NCBI GenBank assembly: GCA_963514005.1
Contig: OY740799.1
Span: forward strand, 31,372,001 to 31,436,000
DNA: 64,000 nt
Direction: 5' to 3'
DNA from: Raja brachyura
Lineage: Eukaryota
How positions within the stretch are numbered: the first letter of the stretch is position 1; every line of letters starts with the position of its first letter. Below, in pieces: positions 40,301 to 55,300 of the stretch. A model generated the notes under the pieces. It saw only the letters and a program-made list of their open reading frames with translations. It was not told where the DNA came from and made no database searches. Both the position numbers and the translations under genes were made by a program.

Positions 40301-43300
40301 TTTATTTATGTCTTATTTTCGTCATCGTATAACAAAATTGGACTGCTTCATTTTTTTCTCAGTGTCAATCAGCAGCCGATCATTTTAGTGCAATTATAAA
40401 TAATTAAATTATCTTGTGTGCCAATGTCAGATTTCATTGAGGCTCAAACGTGTCTTCCAGAAACTGCAGGTGATCAGAAATGCCTATAGAAAAGTGTCAT
40501 GCTCAGTACGTCTTTTAACATTACTGTGGGTAATTAGTACCACAAAGTCTTTCCTTATTCATTGCCATCACAGACAATCATGCGTTCTTAATGCATTACA
40601 CTTGACATTTCCCTCATCGTAGAAAAAAATGGGAGGACCTAGTCTGCTGCTAAATTTCTTTATCTCTGTCAACTAGCATATTAATATTTCTCTGCCATCT
40701 CAAACAGTCAAGTGCTCTTGACACATCGATTGTGGATTTACTGGCAATTGAACCAAGACTTCCTGTATGGTCCTCTTTTGCCAATATTACTAACAGTAGA
40801 GTTGTACAATTCATGCCAATAATGGTAACGAAGATGCAAGAATGGAGCAACAGAGCTGATGTATAAAATGTTGACCCATTGTCCAAAGGTTAGCCAATGT
40901 TGGGGTCAAGGAAAGAGTGTTCATGTCGCGGCCCTGTTCCCACCAATCTTTCCACCGCCGAGCACAAGAAGTGACAAGTCAGACACCATTGAATGCAGAT
41001 GCCGAGAAGTGTGTTCTGCTCTTGCTGAACAACTTCTAATCTTATGCTTGGTATACACAGTTACAAATGGAACCACAGATCCCAGCAGTGAAATATTGAC
41101 CCATTGTCTTATTTCAGTGCCACTGCTAAACAATCTTTTGCTCTTAATGCACCAATTGCGGATTGTACGGAAGTTCATCCGTGTTTTCCAAAAACTGTAT
41201 GTTCTACTTTATACCGTTATTACTAATGGTGTGTGATGTGCTTGCACATAATGAGCATTTGTGTTCCACTTGTCCAAATGGGCCAGGCCTGAAATTGCAT
41301 AAAATGTGCTGATCTAATCATGCTTTAGCTTGTTATTGCTGAATATCAGAAGAAAATGAGCAGCAGAAGCCAACAACTCAGTTGGACACAAAGCGCTGAT
41401 TAAGGAACTGCAGATGCTAGATTACACAAAATGACCCAAAGTGCTGGAAAAAATCAGCATGTCAGGCAGAATCACTGGAAAATGTGGATTGGTGACATTT
41501 TGTGTCAGGACCCTTCTGCAGATTGAAGAAGAGAGCCGAATGTAAACTACACTTATTCATGTTCTCCCGAGATGCTGCCTGACTCGCTGATTGGGTCAAC
41601 ATTTTGCGTCATTTTGTGTAATCCAGCATTTGCGGTCCATTGTTTCTGTCCCAACTCGGTTCCGCCACAATTCCTAAGCTTTTTGAAGATTACTTTATAA
41701 CTTGGTATAATTGGATTGAGCCAAACATTGAAATCTTGACATGTACATTTTCACCTTGTACATCAATACTGTAAGCAAAGAAGCAAGAAGAGGTAAGAGC
41801 TGCTGTTAGAAATGTTGACCCTGTTGTCTTCCGATTTGTCACTGTTTACAGTGAATGGTTTGACTCACCTGTCGTGGTGGACTCAGTTGTGCCAGTTGTT
41901 GAATATGTTGTTGGTGTTGTACCTGGTGAGAGAATAAAATGTGTTTACAACTTGAATTGTAAGAGTTCATATTCAGCTTCTGTATGACTCAGCACATTTT
42001 CATGAAAGTAAGCTGAATTTTATAAATATTCCATGACGAAATTTAAATTTAAATGTAGAAAATTGCCAAATTCTGCTTTGTTTGCTTTGTTCATCATTTT
42101 GTTAGCATGGGATCCATTAAATTCGGAACTTTTCAGTATATTTTTATCCACCTCCACAGTGATATAAAGTACATCAAATAGACTGGCGTGAACAAGAAAA
42201 TATACATTTCTGTAGACAAATATTGACTCCTGCTCTTTCAAATGTTCACAGTGCTATTGCACAACACATTGCAGCTCATCACAATTTTACTAACTACTAT
42301 GTATCCTGGGACATAGACTAACCAATCCATGAGCAAATGCTCTCAGATGTAAAGTCAGCTGGGCAAAGGGAAGAGTATATTCCATGAAAAGGCACTGCTG
42401 CTGAAATTCTTAGCCATGTCTATTGAATGCTCAATGCTCCTTAAAAAAGTACCGCTGACCGTCAGAACCACATAAACTCTCTCATATATTCATTGCGCAA
42501 TTTAAAATTTTTGAAGCAAAACTATGAACATGGAAGAAGTATAGTGCTATATATTAACAGAGCGTACAGGTACAGAAGGATAAGATAATATGATTAATAG
42601 GTGATGTTACTAACCTGATGTAGTGCGAGTAGTGGTCTCAGTTGTTGGTGTTGTTTCTAAAGAAAGAAAAATGGTCATATTTAACCAATGCAGGCGAGAT
42701 GCATGTCAAAATGAATTGATATGCAGTTGAGAAACCTATGATAGGAATTCATGTGCTGACACATTTCATTAAAATGTTTTACCAAGTGTTTTTTTCTTAA
42801 TCGTAAATGCAGTTGGTGGGCATGTTAGACTACTACAAGTCTTTCCCTTTGTAAATCGTTGGTAGGGCTGCAGCCGCATAGACCAGAGATTCTGGTTCCA
42901 CCTTGACCTCGGGTGCTGTCTGCATGCACGTTCTCCGTTTTACAGCATGGATGGCCTCCAGGTATTTGATAGATGTTGTTACTAACCTGTTGTAGTGCTG
43001 GTAGTGGTTCCAGTTGTTAATGTAGTTGTTGTTTCTGGCGAAAGAAAATAATGCTATCGTCAACTAAGGCAGCTAAGAGAAATAGGTATGCAGTATTGAA
43101 TCTTCAACAGGAATTCCTGAACTGGATCATTTCATGAAAACGATTTTGAGTTGACATTGTATCAGTGTGAGATGTTTCTGAAAACAATCTGCATTTATGT
43201 TCGCATATCCAAAAGTGACATGATCCACAAGCTGCTCAAAATTTCGAGGTCATAATTGCACTTTTGCTCAGTCCTGCTGAGTATACGTGGAAATGAGAAG

Positions 43301-46300
43301 CAAGAAACTCATGTTCTTCCACATTTCCTATGTTTTTTAAAGATTACATTATAACTTGATATAATTGATTTGAGGCAAACATTGAAATCTTGACATGTGT
43401 GTTTCCACCATCTATCTCAATAATGTAAACAAAGATGCAAGACGTAAACCGGAGACCTGGTCTAAGGGCTTAGAAGTAAGCCGGAGACCCATTGGATTAC
43501 ACTTTGTCGCTGTTTACAGGAAGTGGTTTGACTCACCTGTCGTGGAACTGGTGGTGGACTCAGTTGTGCCAGTTGTCGAAGATGTTGTTGGGGTTGTTCC
43601 TGGAGAGAGAGTACAAACATGTTTATGAAATTAATTGCAAGAGGTGCAACCACGTAGCGCCGGAGACCCTAGTTCTATCCTGGTTTCTCGTTCCGTCTGT
43701 GTGGAGATTGCACTTTCTCACTTTTACCGTGTAGGTTCCCTTCAGGTGTTTGTTAGATGTTGTTACTCACCTGATGTAGTGCTTGTAGTGGTCCCTGGTG
43801 TTGATGTTGGTGTTGTTTCTAGTGAAAGAAAAGAATGCTATCTTCAACCAAGGCAACCAAGAGGAATTGGTACCAAGTAAAGAAACCTCCAAAAGGAATT
43901 CATCAGCAGGCACATGTTAATAAATTGTTTTACTGTGGTTATTTCCTTCATCATAGAATCATGTGGGAGGGTATGCTTTGCTGTTACATTTCTTCATCTC
44001 TGACAATCAGCAGATGGCTATTTTGCTCCATTCTAGAACAATCCTACATTCTTGACACTTCGATTGTGGATTTCATGAAGAATTACAAGGCCCTTTTTAT
44101 TTCAGAAGTGGTTCTCCTATTTTCCGAGTGAGAATTGTTAAATGTTTGTGGCAACACCATGAACAGGCAAGAGAGAAGTATAGAGCTTTGCTTTGACGTT
44201 ACCTGATGTAGTGCTGGTTGTGGTCTCAGTTGATGATGTGGTTGGCGTTGTTTCTGGAGAAGAAAATATTATATTCAATCAAGGCAGCTAGGTCAATTGG
44301 TACGCATTTTAGAAGCCTTGTACAGAAACACATGAGCTGGCGCGATTTATGAATACATTTATTTATGTCTTATTTTCGTCATCGTATAACAAAATTGGAC
44401 TGCTTCATTTTTTTCTCAGTGTCAATCAGCAGCCGATCATTTTAGTGCAATTATAAATAATTAAGTTCTCTTGTGTTCCAATGTCAGATTTCATTGAGGC
44501 TCAAACGTGTCTTCCAGAAACTGCAGGTGATCAGAAATGCCTATAGAAAAGTGTCATGCTCAGTACGTCTTTTAACATTACTGTGGGTAATTAGTACCAC
44601 AAAGTCTTTCCTTATTCATTGCCATCACAGACAATCATGCGTTCTTAATGCATTACACTTGACATTTCCCTCATCGTAGAAAAAAATGGGAGGACCTAGT
44701 CTGCTGCTAAATTTCTTTATCTCTGTCAACTAGCATATTAATATTTCTCTGCCATCTCAAACAGTCAAGTGCTCTTGACACATCGATTGTGGATTTACTG
44801 GCAATTGAACCAAGACATCCTGTATGGTCTTCTTTTGCCAATATTACTAACAGTAGAGTTGTACAATTCATGCCAATAATGGTAACGAAGATGCAAGAAT
44901 GGAGCAACAGAGCTGATGTATGAAATGTTGACCCATTGTCCAAAGATTAGCCAATGTTGGGGTCAAGGAAAGAGTGTTCATGTCGCGGCCCTGTTTCCAC
45001 CAATCTTTCCACCGCCGAGCACAAGAAGTGACAAGTGAGACACCATTGAATGCAGATGCCGAGAAGTGTGTTCTGCTCTTGATGAACAACTTCTAATCTT
45101 ATGCTTGGTATACACAGTTACAAATGGAACCACAGACCCCAGCAGTGAAATATTGACCCATTGTCTTATTTCAGTGCCACTGCTAAACAATCTTTTGCTC
45201 TTGATGCACCAATTGCGGATTGTACGGAAGTTCATCCGTGTTTTCCAAAAACTGTATGTTCTACTTTATACCGTTATTACTAATGGTGTGTGATGTGCTT
45301 GCACATAATGAGCATTTGTGTTCCACTTGTCCAAATGGGCCAGGCCTGAAATTGCATAAAATGTGCTGATCTAATCATGCTTTAGCTTGTTATTGCTGAA
45401 TATCAGAAGAAAATGAGCAGCAGAAGCCAACAACTCAGTTGGACACAAAGCGCTGATTAAGGAACTGCAGATGCTAGATTACACAAAATGACCCAAAGTG
45501 CTGGAAAAAATCAGCATGTCAGGCAGAATCACTGGAAAATGTGGATTGGTGACATTTTGTGTCAGGACCCTTCTGCAGATTGAAGAAGAGAGCCGAATGT
45601 AAACTACACTTATTCATGTTCTCCCGAGATGCTGCCTGACTCGCTGATTGGGTCAACATTTTGCGTCATTTTGTGTAATCCAGCATTTGCGGTCCATTGT
45701 TTCTGTCCCAACTCGGTTCCGCCACAATTCCTAAGCTTTTTGAAGATTACTTTATAACTTGGTATAATTGGATTGAGCCAAACATTGAAATCTTGACATG
45801 TACATTTTCACCTTGTACATCAATACTGTAAGCAAAGAAGCAAGAAGAGGTAAGAGCTGCTGTTAGAAATGTTGACCCTGTTGTCTTCCGATTTGTCACT
45901 GTTGACAGTGAATGGTTTGACTCACCTGTCGTGGTGGACTCAGTTGTGCCAGTTGTTGAATATGTTGTTGGTGTTGTACCTGGTGAGAGAATAAAATGTG
46001 TTTACAACTTGAATTGTAAAGGGACTGTCCCACTAGCGCGCGATTAGACGCGACAAGCGCGACCTACCGTGGTCGCTTTAGTCGCCCGGCCTCGCGTGAC
46101 CCTGTCCCACTGCGATCGCCGGAGTCTCGTCGAGTTGTGTGTAGCTGGTGTCGACATCGCGCGTAGTGTCCAAAAACCGACACTGCTTAAAAAATTACGC
46201 GCGGCAAAATCCTGTCGCGCAGAACGTGATTAACGTGATGACGTTTTGACGTTGTGCGTCTTCAGCGTGGCGTTGCGTGATGACGTCACTGCCCGACGTC

Positions 46301-49300
46301 GTGCAACGCGCATGCTCATGCGCATCGTCACGTGATGAAAAATAACGTCCTTCCTTCGGACGTCGCGCGTGTAATCGCGCGCTAGTGGGACAGGCCCTTC
46401 ACTCGCACCGGGATCGCCTGACCCCCACGCGACCCCCGCGTCCGAATTTGTCGCGCTTGTCGCGTCTAATCGCGCGCTAGTGGGACAGGCCCTTAAGAGT
46501 TCATATTCAGCTTCTGTATGACTCAGCACATTTTCATGAAAGTAAACTGAATTTTATAAATATTCCATGACGAAATTTAAATTTAAATGTAGAAAATTGC
46601 CAAATTCTGCTTTGTTTGCTTTGTTCATCATTTTGTTAGCATGGGATCCATTAAATTCGGAACTTTTCAGTATATTTTTATCCACCTCCACAGTGATATA
46701 CAGTACATCAAATAGACTGGCGTGAACAAGAAAATATACATTTCTGTAGACAAATATTGACTCCTGCTCTTTCAAATGTTTACAGTGCTATTGCACAACA
46801 CATTGCAACTCATCACAATTTTACTAACTACTATGTATCCTGGGACATAGACTAACCAATCCATGAGCAAATGCTCTCAGATGTAAAGTCAGCTGGGCAA
46901 AGGGAAGAGTCTATTCCATGAAAAGGCACTGCTGCTGAAATTCTTAGCCATGTCTATTGAATGCTCAATGCTCCTTAAAAAAGTACCGCTGACCGTCAGA
47001 ACCACATAAACTCTCTCATATATTCATTGCGCAATTTAAAATTTTTGAAGCAAAACTATGAACATGGAAGAAGTATAGTGCTATATATTAACAGAGCATA
47101 CAGGTACAGAAGGATAAGATAATATGATTAATAGGTGATGTTACTAACCTGATGTAGTGCGAGTAGTGGTCTCAGTTGTTGGTGTTGTTTCTAAAGAAAG
47201 AAAAAAGGTTATATTTAACCAATACAGGCGAGATGTATGTCAAAATGAATTGATATGCAGTTGAGAAACCTATGATAGGAATTCATGTGCTGACACATTT
47301 CATTAAAATGTTGTACCAAGTGTTTTTTTCTTAATCGTAAATGCAGTTGGTGGGCATGTTAGACTACTACAAGTCTTTCTCTTTGTAGATTGCTGGTAGT
47401 GCTGCAGCCGCATAGACCAGAGATTCTGGTTCCACCTTGACCTCGGGTGCTGTCTGCGTGCACGTTTTCCGTTTTACAGCATGGATGGCCTCCAGGTATT
47501 TGATAGATGTTGTTACTAACCTGTTGTAGTGCTGGTAGTGGTTCCAATTGTTAATGTAGTTGTTGTTTCTGGCGAAAGAAAATAATGCTATCGTCAACTA
47601 AGGCAGCTAAGAGAAATAGGTATGCAGTATTGAATCTTCAACAGGAATTCCTGAACTGGATCATTTCATGAAAACGATTTTGAGTTGACATTGTATCAGT
47701 GTGAGATGTTTCTGAAAACAATCTGCATTTATGTTCGCATATCCAAAAGTGACATGATCCACAAGCTGCTCAAAATTTCGAGGTCATAATTGCACTTTTG
47801 CTCAGTCCTGCTGAGTATACGTGGAAATGAGAAGCAAGAAACTCATGTTCTTCCACATTTCCTATGTTTTTCAAAGATTACATTATAACTTGATATAATT
47901 GATTTGAGGCAAACATTGAAATCTTGACATGTGTGTTTGCACCATCTATCTCAATAATGTAAACAAAGATGCAAGACGTAAACCGGAGACCTGGTCTAAG
48001 GGCTTAGAAGTAAGCCGGAGACCCATTGGATTACACTTTGTCGCTGTTTACAGGAAGTGGTTTGACTCACCTGTCGTGGAACTGGTGGTGGACTCAGTTG
48101 TGCCAGTTGTCGAAGATGTTGTTGGGGTTGTTCCTGGAGAGAGAGTACAAACATGTTTATGAAATTAATTGCAAGAGGTGCAACCACGTAGCGCCGGAGA
48201 CCCTAGTTCTATCCTGGTTTCTCGTTCCGTCTGTGTGGAGATTGCACTTTCTCACTTTTACCGTGTAGGTTCCCTTCAGGTGTTTGTTAGATGTTGTTAC
48301 TCACCTGATGTAGTGCTTGTAGTGGTCCCTGGTGTTGATGTTGGTGTTGTTTCTAGTGAAAGAAAAGAATGCTATCTTCAACCAAGGCAACCAAGAGGAA
48401 TTGGTACCAAGTAAAGAAACCTCCAAAAGGAATTCATCAGCAGGCACATGTTAATAAATTGTTTTACTGTGGTTATTTCCTTCATCATAGAATCATGTGG
48501 GAGGGTATGCTTTGCTGTTACATTTCTTCATCTCTGACAATCAGCAGATGGCTATTTTGCTCCATTCTAGAACAATCCTACATTCTTGACACTTCGATTG
48601 TGGATTTCATGAAGAATTACAAGGCCCTTTTTATTTCAGAAGTGGTTCTCCTATTTTCCGAGTGAGAATTGTTAAATGTTTGTGGCAACACCATGAACAG
48701 GCAAGAGAGAAGTATAGAGCTTTGCTTTGACGTTACCTGATGTAGTGCTGGTTGTGGTCTCAGTTGATGATGTGGTTGGCGTTGTTTCTGGAGAAGAAAA
48801 TATTATATTCAATCAAGGCAGCTAGGTCAATTGGTACGCATTTTAGAAGCCTTGTACAGAAACACATGAGCTGGCGCGATTTATGAATACATTTATTTAT
48901 GTCTTATTTTCGTCATCGTATAACAAAATTGGACTGCTTCATTTTTTTCTCAGTGTCAATCAGCAGCCGATCATTTTAGTGCAATTATAAATAATTAAAT
49001 TATCTTGTGTGCCAATGTCAGATTTCATTGAGGCTCAAACGTGTCTTCCAGAAACTGCAGGTGATCAGAAATGCCTATAGAAAAGTGTCATGCTCAGTAC
49101 GTCTTTTAACATTACTGTGGGTAATTAGTACCACAAAGTCTTTCCTTATTCATTGCCATCACAGACAATCATGCGTTCTTAATGCATTACACTTGACATT
49201 TCCCTCATCGTAGAAAAAAATGGGAGGACCTAGTCTGCTGCTAAATTTCTTTATCTCTGTCAACTAGCATATTAATATTTCTCTGCCATCTCAAACAGTC

Positions 49301-52300
49301 AAGTGCTCTTGACACATCGATTGTGGATTTACTGGCAATTGAACCAAGACTTCCTGTATGGTCCTCTTTTGCCAATATTACTAACAGTAGAGTTGTACAA
49401 TTCATGCCAATAATGGTAACGAAGATGCAAGAATGGAGCAACAGAGCTGATGTATAAAATGTTGACCCATTGTCCAAAGGTTAGCCAATGTTGGGGTCAA
49501 GGAAAGAGTGTTCATGTCGCGGCCCTGTTCCCACCAATCTTTCCACCGCCGAGCACAAGAAGTGACAAGTCAGACACCATTGAATGCAGATGCCGAGAAG
49601 TGTGTTCTGCTCTTGCTGAACAACTTCTAATCTTATGCTTGGTATACACAGTTACAAATGGAACCACAGATCCCAGCAGTGAAATATTGACCCATTGTCT
49701 TATTTCAGTGCCACTGCTAAACAATCTTTTGCTCTTAATGCACCAATTGCGGATTGTACGGAAGTTCATCCGTGTTTTCCAAAAACTGTATGTTCTACTT
49801 TATACCGTTATTACTAATGGTGTGTGATGTGCTTGCACATAATGAGCATTTGTGTTCCACTTGTCCAAATGGGCCAGGCCTGAAATTGCATAAAATGTGC
49901 TGATCTAATCATGCTTTAGCTTGTTATTGCTGAATATCAGAAGAAAATGAGCAGCAGAAGCCAACAACTCAGTTGGACACAAAGCGCTGATTAAGGAACT
50001 GCAGATGCTAGATTACACAAAATGACCCAAAGTGCTGGAAAAAATCAGCATGTCAGGCAGAATCACTGGAAAATGTGGATTGGTGACATTTTGTGTCAGG
50101 ACCCTTCTGCAGATTGAAGAAGAGAGCCGAATGTAAACTACACTTATTCATGTTCTCCCGAGATGCTGCCTGACTCGCTGATTGGGTCAACATTTTGCGT
50201 CATTTTGTGTAATCCAGCATTTGCGGTCCATTGTTTCTGTCCCAACTCGGTTCCGCCACAATTCCTAAGCTTTTTGAAGATTACTTTATAACTTGGTATA
50301 ATTGGATTGAGCCAAACATTGAAATCTTGACATGTACATTTTCACCTTGTACATCAATACTGTAAGCAAAGAAGCAAGAAGAGGTAAGAGCTGCTGTTAG
50401 AAATGTTGACCCTGTTGTCTTCCGATTTGTCACTGTTTACAGTGAATGGTTTGACTCACCTGTCGTGGTGGACTCAGTTGTGCCAGTTGTTGAATATGTT
50501 GTTGGTGTTGTACCTGGTGAGAGAATAAAATGTGTTTACAACTTGAATTGTAAGAGTTCATATTCAGCTTCTGTATGACTCAGCACATTTTCATGAAAGT
50601 AAGCTGAATTTTATAAATATTCCATGACGAAATTTAAATTTAAATGTAGAAAATTGCCAAATTCTGCTTTGTTTGCTTTGTTCATCATTTTGTTAGCATG
50701 GGATCCATTAAATTCGGAACTTTTCAGTATATTTTTATCCACCTCCACAGTGATATAAAGTACATCAAATAGACTGGCGTGAACAAGAAAATATACATTT
50801 CTGTAGACAAATATTGACTCCTGCTCTTTCAAATGTTCACAGTGCTATTGCACAACACATTGCAGCTCATCACAATTTTACTAACTACTATGTATCCTGG
50901 GACATAGACTAACCAATCCATGAGCAAATGCTCTCAGATGTAAAGTCAGCTGGGCAAAGGGAAGAGTATATTCCATGAAAAGGCACTGCTGCTGAAATTC
51001 TTAGCCATGTCTATTGAATGCTCAATGCTCCTTAAAAAAGTACCGCTGACCGTCAGAACCACATAAACTCTCTCATATATTCAATGCGCAATTTAAAATT
51101 TTTGAAGCAAAACTATGAACATGGAAGAAGTATAGTGCTATATATTAACAGAGCGTACAGGTACAGAAGGATAAGATAATATGATTAATAGGTGATGTTA
51201 CTAACCTGATGTAGTGCGAGTAGTGGTCTCAGTTGTTGGTGTTGTTTCTAAAGAAAGAAAAATGGTCATATTTAACCAATGCAGGCGAGATGCATGTCAA
51301 AATGAATTGATATGCAGTTGAGAAACCTATGATAGGAATTCATGTGCTGACACATTTCATTAAAATGTTTTACCAAGTGTTTTTTTCTTAATCGTAAATG
51401 CAGTTGGTGGGCATGTTAGACTACTACAAGTCTTTCCCTTTGTAAATCGTTGGTAGGGCTGCAGCCGCATAGACCAGAGATTCTGGTTCCACCTTGACCT
51501 CGGGTGCTGTCTGCGTGCACGTTCTCCGTTTTACAGCATGGATGGCCTCCAGGTATTTGATAGATGTTGTTACTAACCTGTTGTAGTGCTGGTAGTGGTT
51601 CCAGTTGTTAATGTAGTTGTTGTTTCTGGCGAAAGAAAATAATGCTATCGTCAACTAAGGCAGCTAAGAGAAATAGGTATGCAGTATTGAATCTTCAACA
51701 GGAATTCCTGAACTGGATCATTTCATGAAAACGATTTTGAGTTGACATTGTATCAGTGTGAGATGTTTCTGAAAACAATCTGCATTTATGTTCGCATATC
51801 CAAAAGTGACATGATCCACAAGCTGCTCAAAATTTCGAGGTCATAATTGCACTTTTGCTCAGTCCTGCTGAGTATACGTGGAAATGAGAAGCAAGAAACT
51901 CATGTTCTTCCACATTTCCTATGTTTTTCAAAGATTACATTATAACTTGATATAATTGATTTGAGGCAAACATTGAAATCTTGACATGTGTGTTTGCACC
52001 ATCTATCTCAATAATGTAAACAAAGATGCAAGACGTAAACCGGAGACCTGGTCTAAGGGCTTAGAAGTAAGCCGGAGACCCATTGGATTACACTTTGTCG
52101 CTGTTTACAGGAAGTGGTTTGACTCACCTGTCGTGGAACTGGTGGTGGACTCAGTTGTGCCAGTTGTCGAAGATGTTGTTGGGGTTGTTCCTGGAGAGAG
52201 AGTACAAACATGTTTATGAAATTAATTGCAAGAGGTGCAACCACGTAGCGCCGGAGACCCTAGTTCTATCCTGGTTTCTCGTTCCGTCTGTGTGGAGATT

Positions 52301-55300
52301 GCACTTTCTCACTTTTACCGTGTAGGTTCCCTTCAGGTGTTTGTTAGATGTTGTTACTCACCTGATGTAGTGCTTGTAGTGGTCCCTGGTGTTGATGTTG
52401 GTGTTGTTTCTAGTGAAAGAAAAGAATGCTATCTTCAACCAAGGCAACCAAGAGGAATTGGTACCAAGTAAAGAAACCTCCAAAAGGAATTCATCAGCAG
52501 GCACATGTTAATAAATTGTTTTACTGTGGTTATTTCCTTCATCATAGAATCATGTGGGAGGGTATGCTTTGCTGTTACATTTCTTCATCTCTGACAATCA
52601 GCAGATGGCTATTTTGCTCCATTCTAGAACAATCCTACATTCTTGACACTTCGATTGTGGATTTCATGAAGAATTACAAGGCCCTTTTTATTTCAGAAGT
52701 GGTTCTCCTATTTTCCGAGTGAGAATTGTTAAATGTTTGTGGCAACACCATGAACAGGCAAGAGAGAAGTATAGAGCTTTGCTTTGACGTTACCTGATGT
52801 AGTGCTGGTTGTGGTCTCAGTTGATGATGTGGTTGGCGTTGTTTCTGGAGAAGAAAATATTATATTCAATCAAGGCAGCTAGGTCAATTGGTACGCATTT
52901 TAGAAGCCTTGTACAGAAACACATGAGCTGGCGCGATTTATGAATACATTTATTTATGTCTTATTTTCGTCATCGTATAACAAAATTGGACTGCTTCATT
53001 TTTTTCTCAGTGTCAATCAGCAGCCGATCATTTTAGTGCAATTATAAATAATTAAATTATCTTGTGTGCCAATGTCAGATTTCATTGAGGCTCAAACGTG
53101 TCTTCCAGAAACTGCAGGTGATCAGAAATGCCTATAGAAAAGTGTCATGCTCAGTACGTCTTTTAACATTACTGTGGGTAATTAGTACCACAAAGTCTTT
53201 CCTTATTCATTGCCATCACAGACAATCATGCGTTCTTAATGCATTACACTTGACATTTCCCTCATCGTAGAAAAAAATGGGAGGACCTAGTCTGCTGCTA
53301 AATTTCTTTATCTCTGTCAACTAGCATATTAATATTTCTCTGCCATCTCAAACAGTCAAGTGCTCTTGACACATCGATTGTGGATTTACTGGCAATTGAA
53401 CCAAGACTTCCTGTATGGTCCTCTTTTGCCAATATTACTAACAGTAGAGTTGTACAATTCATGCCAATAATGGTAACGAAGATGCAAGAATGGAGCAACA
53501 GAGCTGATGTATAAAATGTTGACCCATTGTCCAAAGGTTAGCCAATGTTGGGGTCAAGGAAAGAGTGTTCATGTCGCGGCCCTGTTCCCACCAATCTTTC
53601 CACCGCCGAGCACAAGAAGTGACAAGTCAGACACCATTGAATGCAGATGCCGAGAAGTGTGTTCTGCTCTTGCTGAACAACTTCTAATCTTATGCTTGGT
53701 ATACACAGTTACAAATGGAACCACAGATCCCAGCAGTGAAATATTGACCCATTGTCTTATTTCAGTGCCACTGCTAAACAATCTTTTGCTCTTAATGCAC
53801 CAATTGCGGATTGTACGGAAGTTCATCCGTGTTTTCCAAAAACTGTATGTTCTACTTTATACCGTTATTACTAATGGTGTGTGATGTGCTTGCACATAAT
53901 GAGCATTTGTGTTCCACTTGTCCAAATGGGCCAGGCCTGAAATTGCATAAAATGTGCTGATCTAATCATGCTTTAGCTTGTTATTGCTGAATATCAGAAG
54001 AAAATGAGCAGCAGAAGCCAACAACTCAGTTGGACACAAAGCGCTGATTAAGGAACTGCAGATGCTAGATTACACAAAATGACCCAAAGTGCTGGAAAAA
54101 ATCAGCATGTCAGGCAGAATCACTGGAAAATGTGGATTGGTGACATTTTGTGTCAGGACCCTTCTGCAGATTGAAGAAGAGAGCCGAATGTAAACTACAC
54201 TTATTCATGTTCTCCCGAGATGCTGCCTGACTCGCTGATTGGGTCAACATTTTGCGTCATTTTGTGTAATCCAGCATTTGCGGTCCATTGTTTCTGTCCC
54301 AACTCGGTTCCGCCACAATTCCTAAGCTTTTTGAAGATTACTTTATAACTTGGTATAATTGGATTGAGCCAAACATTGAAATCTTGACATGTACATTTTC
54401 ACCTTGTACATCAATACTGTAAGCAAAGAAGCAAGAAGAGGTAAGAGCTGCTGTTAGAAATGTTGACCCTGTTGTCTTCCGATTTGTCACTGTTTACAGT
54501 GAATGGTTTGACTCACCTGTCGTGGTGGACTCAGTTGTGCCAGTTGTTGAATATGTTGTTGGTGTTGTACCTGGTGAGAGAATAAAATGTGTTTACAACT
54601 TGAATTGTAAGAGTTCATATTCAGCTTCTGTATGACTCAGCACATTTTCATGAAAGTAAGCTGAATTTTATAAATATTCCATGACGAAATTTAAATTTAA
54701 ATGTAGAAAATTGCCAAATTCTGCTTTGTTTGCTTTGTTCATCATTTTGTTAGCATGGGATCCATTAAATTCGGAACTTTTCAGTATATTTTTATCCACC
54801 TCCACAGTGATATAAAGTACATCAAATAGACTGGCGTGAACAAGAAAATATACATTTCTGTAGACAAATATTGACTCCTGCTCTTTCAAATGTTCACAGT
54901 GCTATTGCACAACACATTGCAGCTCATCACAATTTTACTAACTACTATGTATCCTGGGACATAGACTAACCAATCCATGAGCAAATGCTCTCAGATGTAA
55001 AGTCAGCTGGGCAAAGGGAAGAGTATATTCCATGAAAAGGCACTGCTGCTGAAATTCTTAGCCATGTCTATTGAATGCTCAATGCTCCTTAAAAAAGTAC
55101 CGCTGACCGTCAGAACCACATAAACTCTCTCATATATTCAATGCGCAATTTAAAATTTTTGAAGCAAAACTATGAACATGGAAGAAGTATAGTGCTATAT
55201 ATTAACAGAGCGTACAGGTACAGAAGGATAAGATAATATGATTAATAGGTGATGTTACTAACCTGATGTAGTGCGAGTAGTGGTCTCAGTTGTTGGTGTT

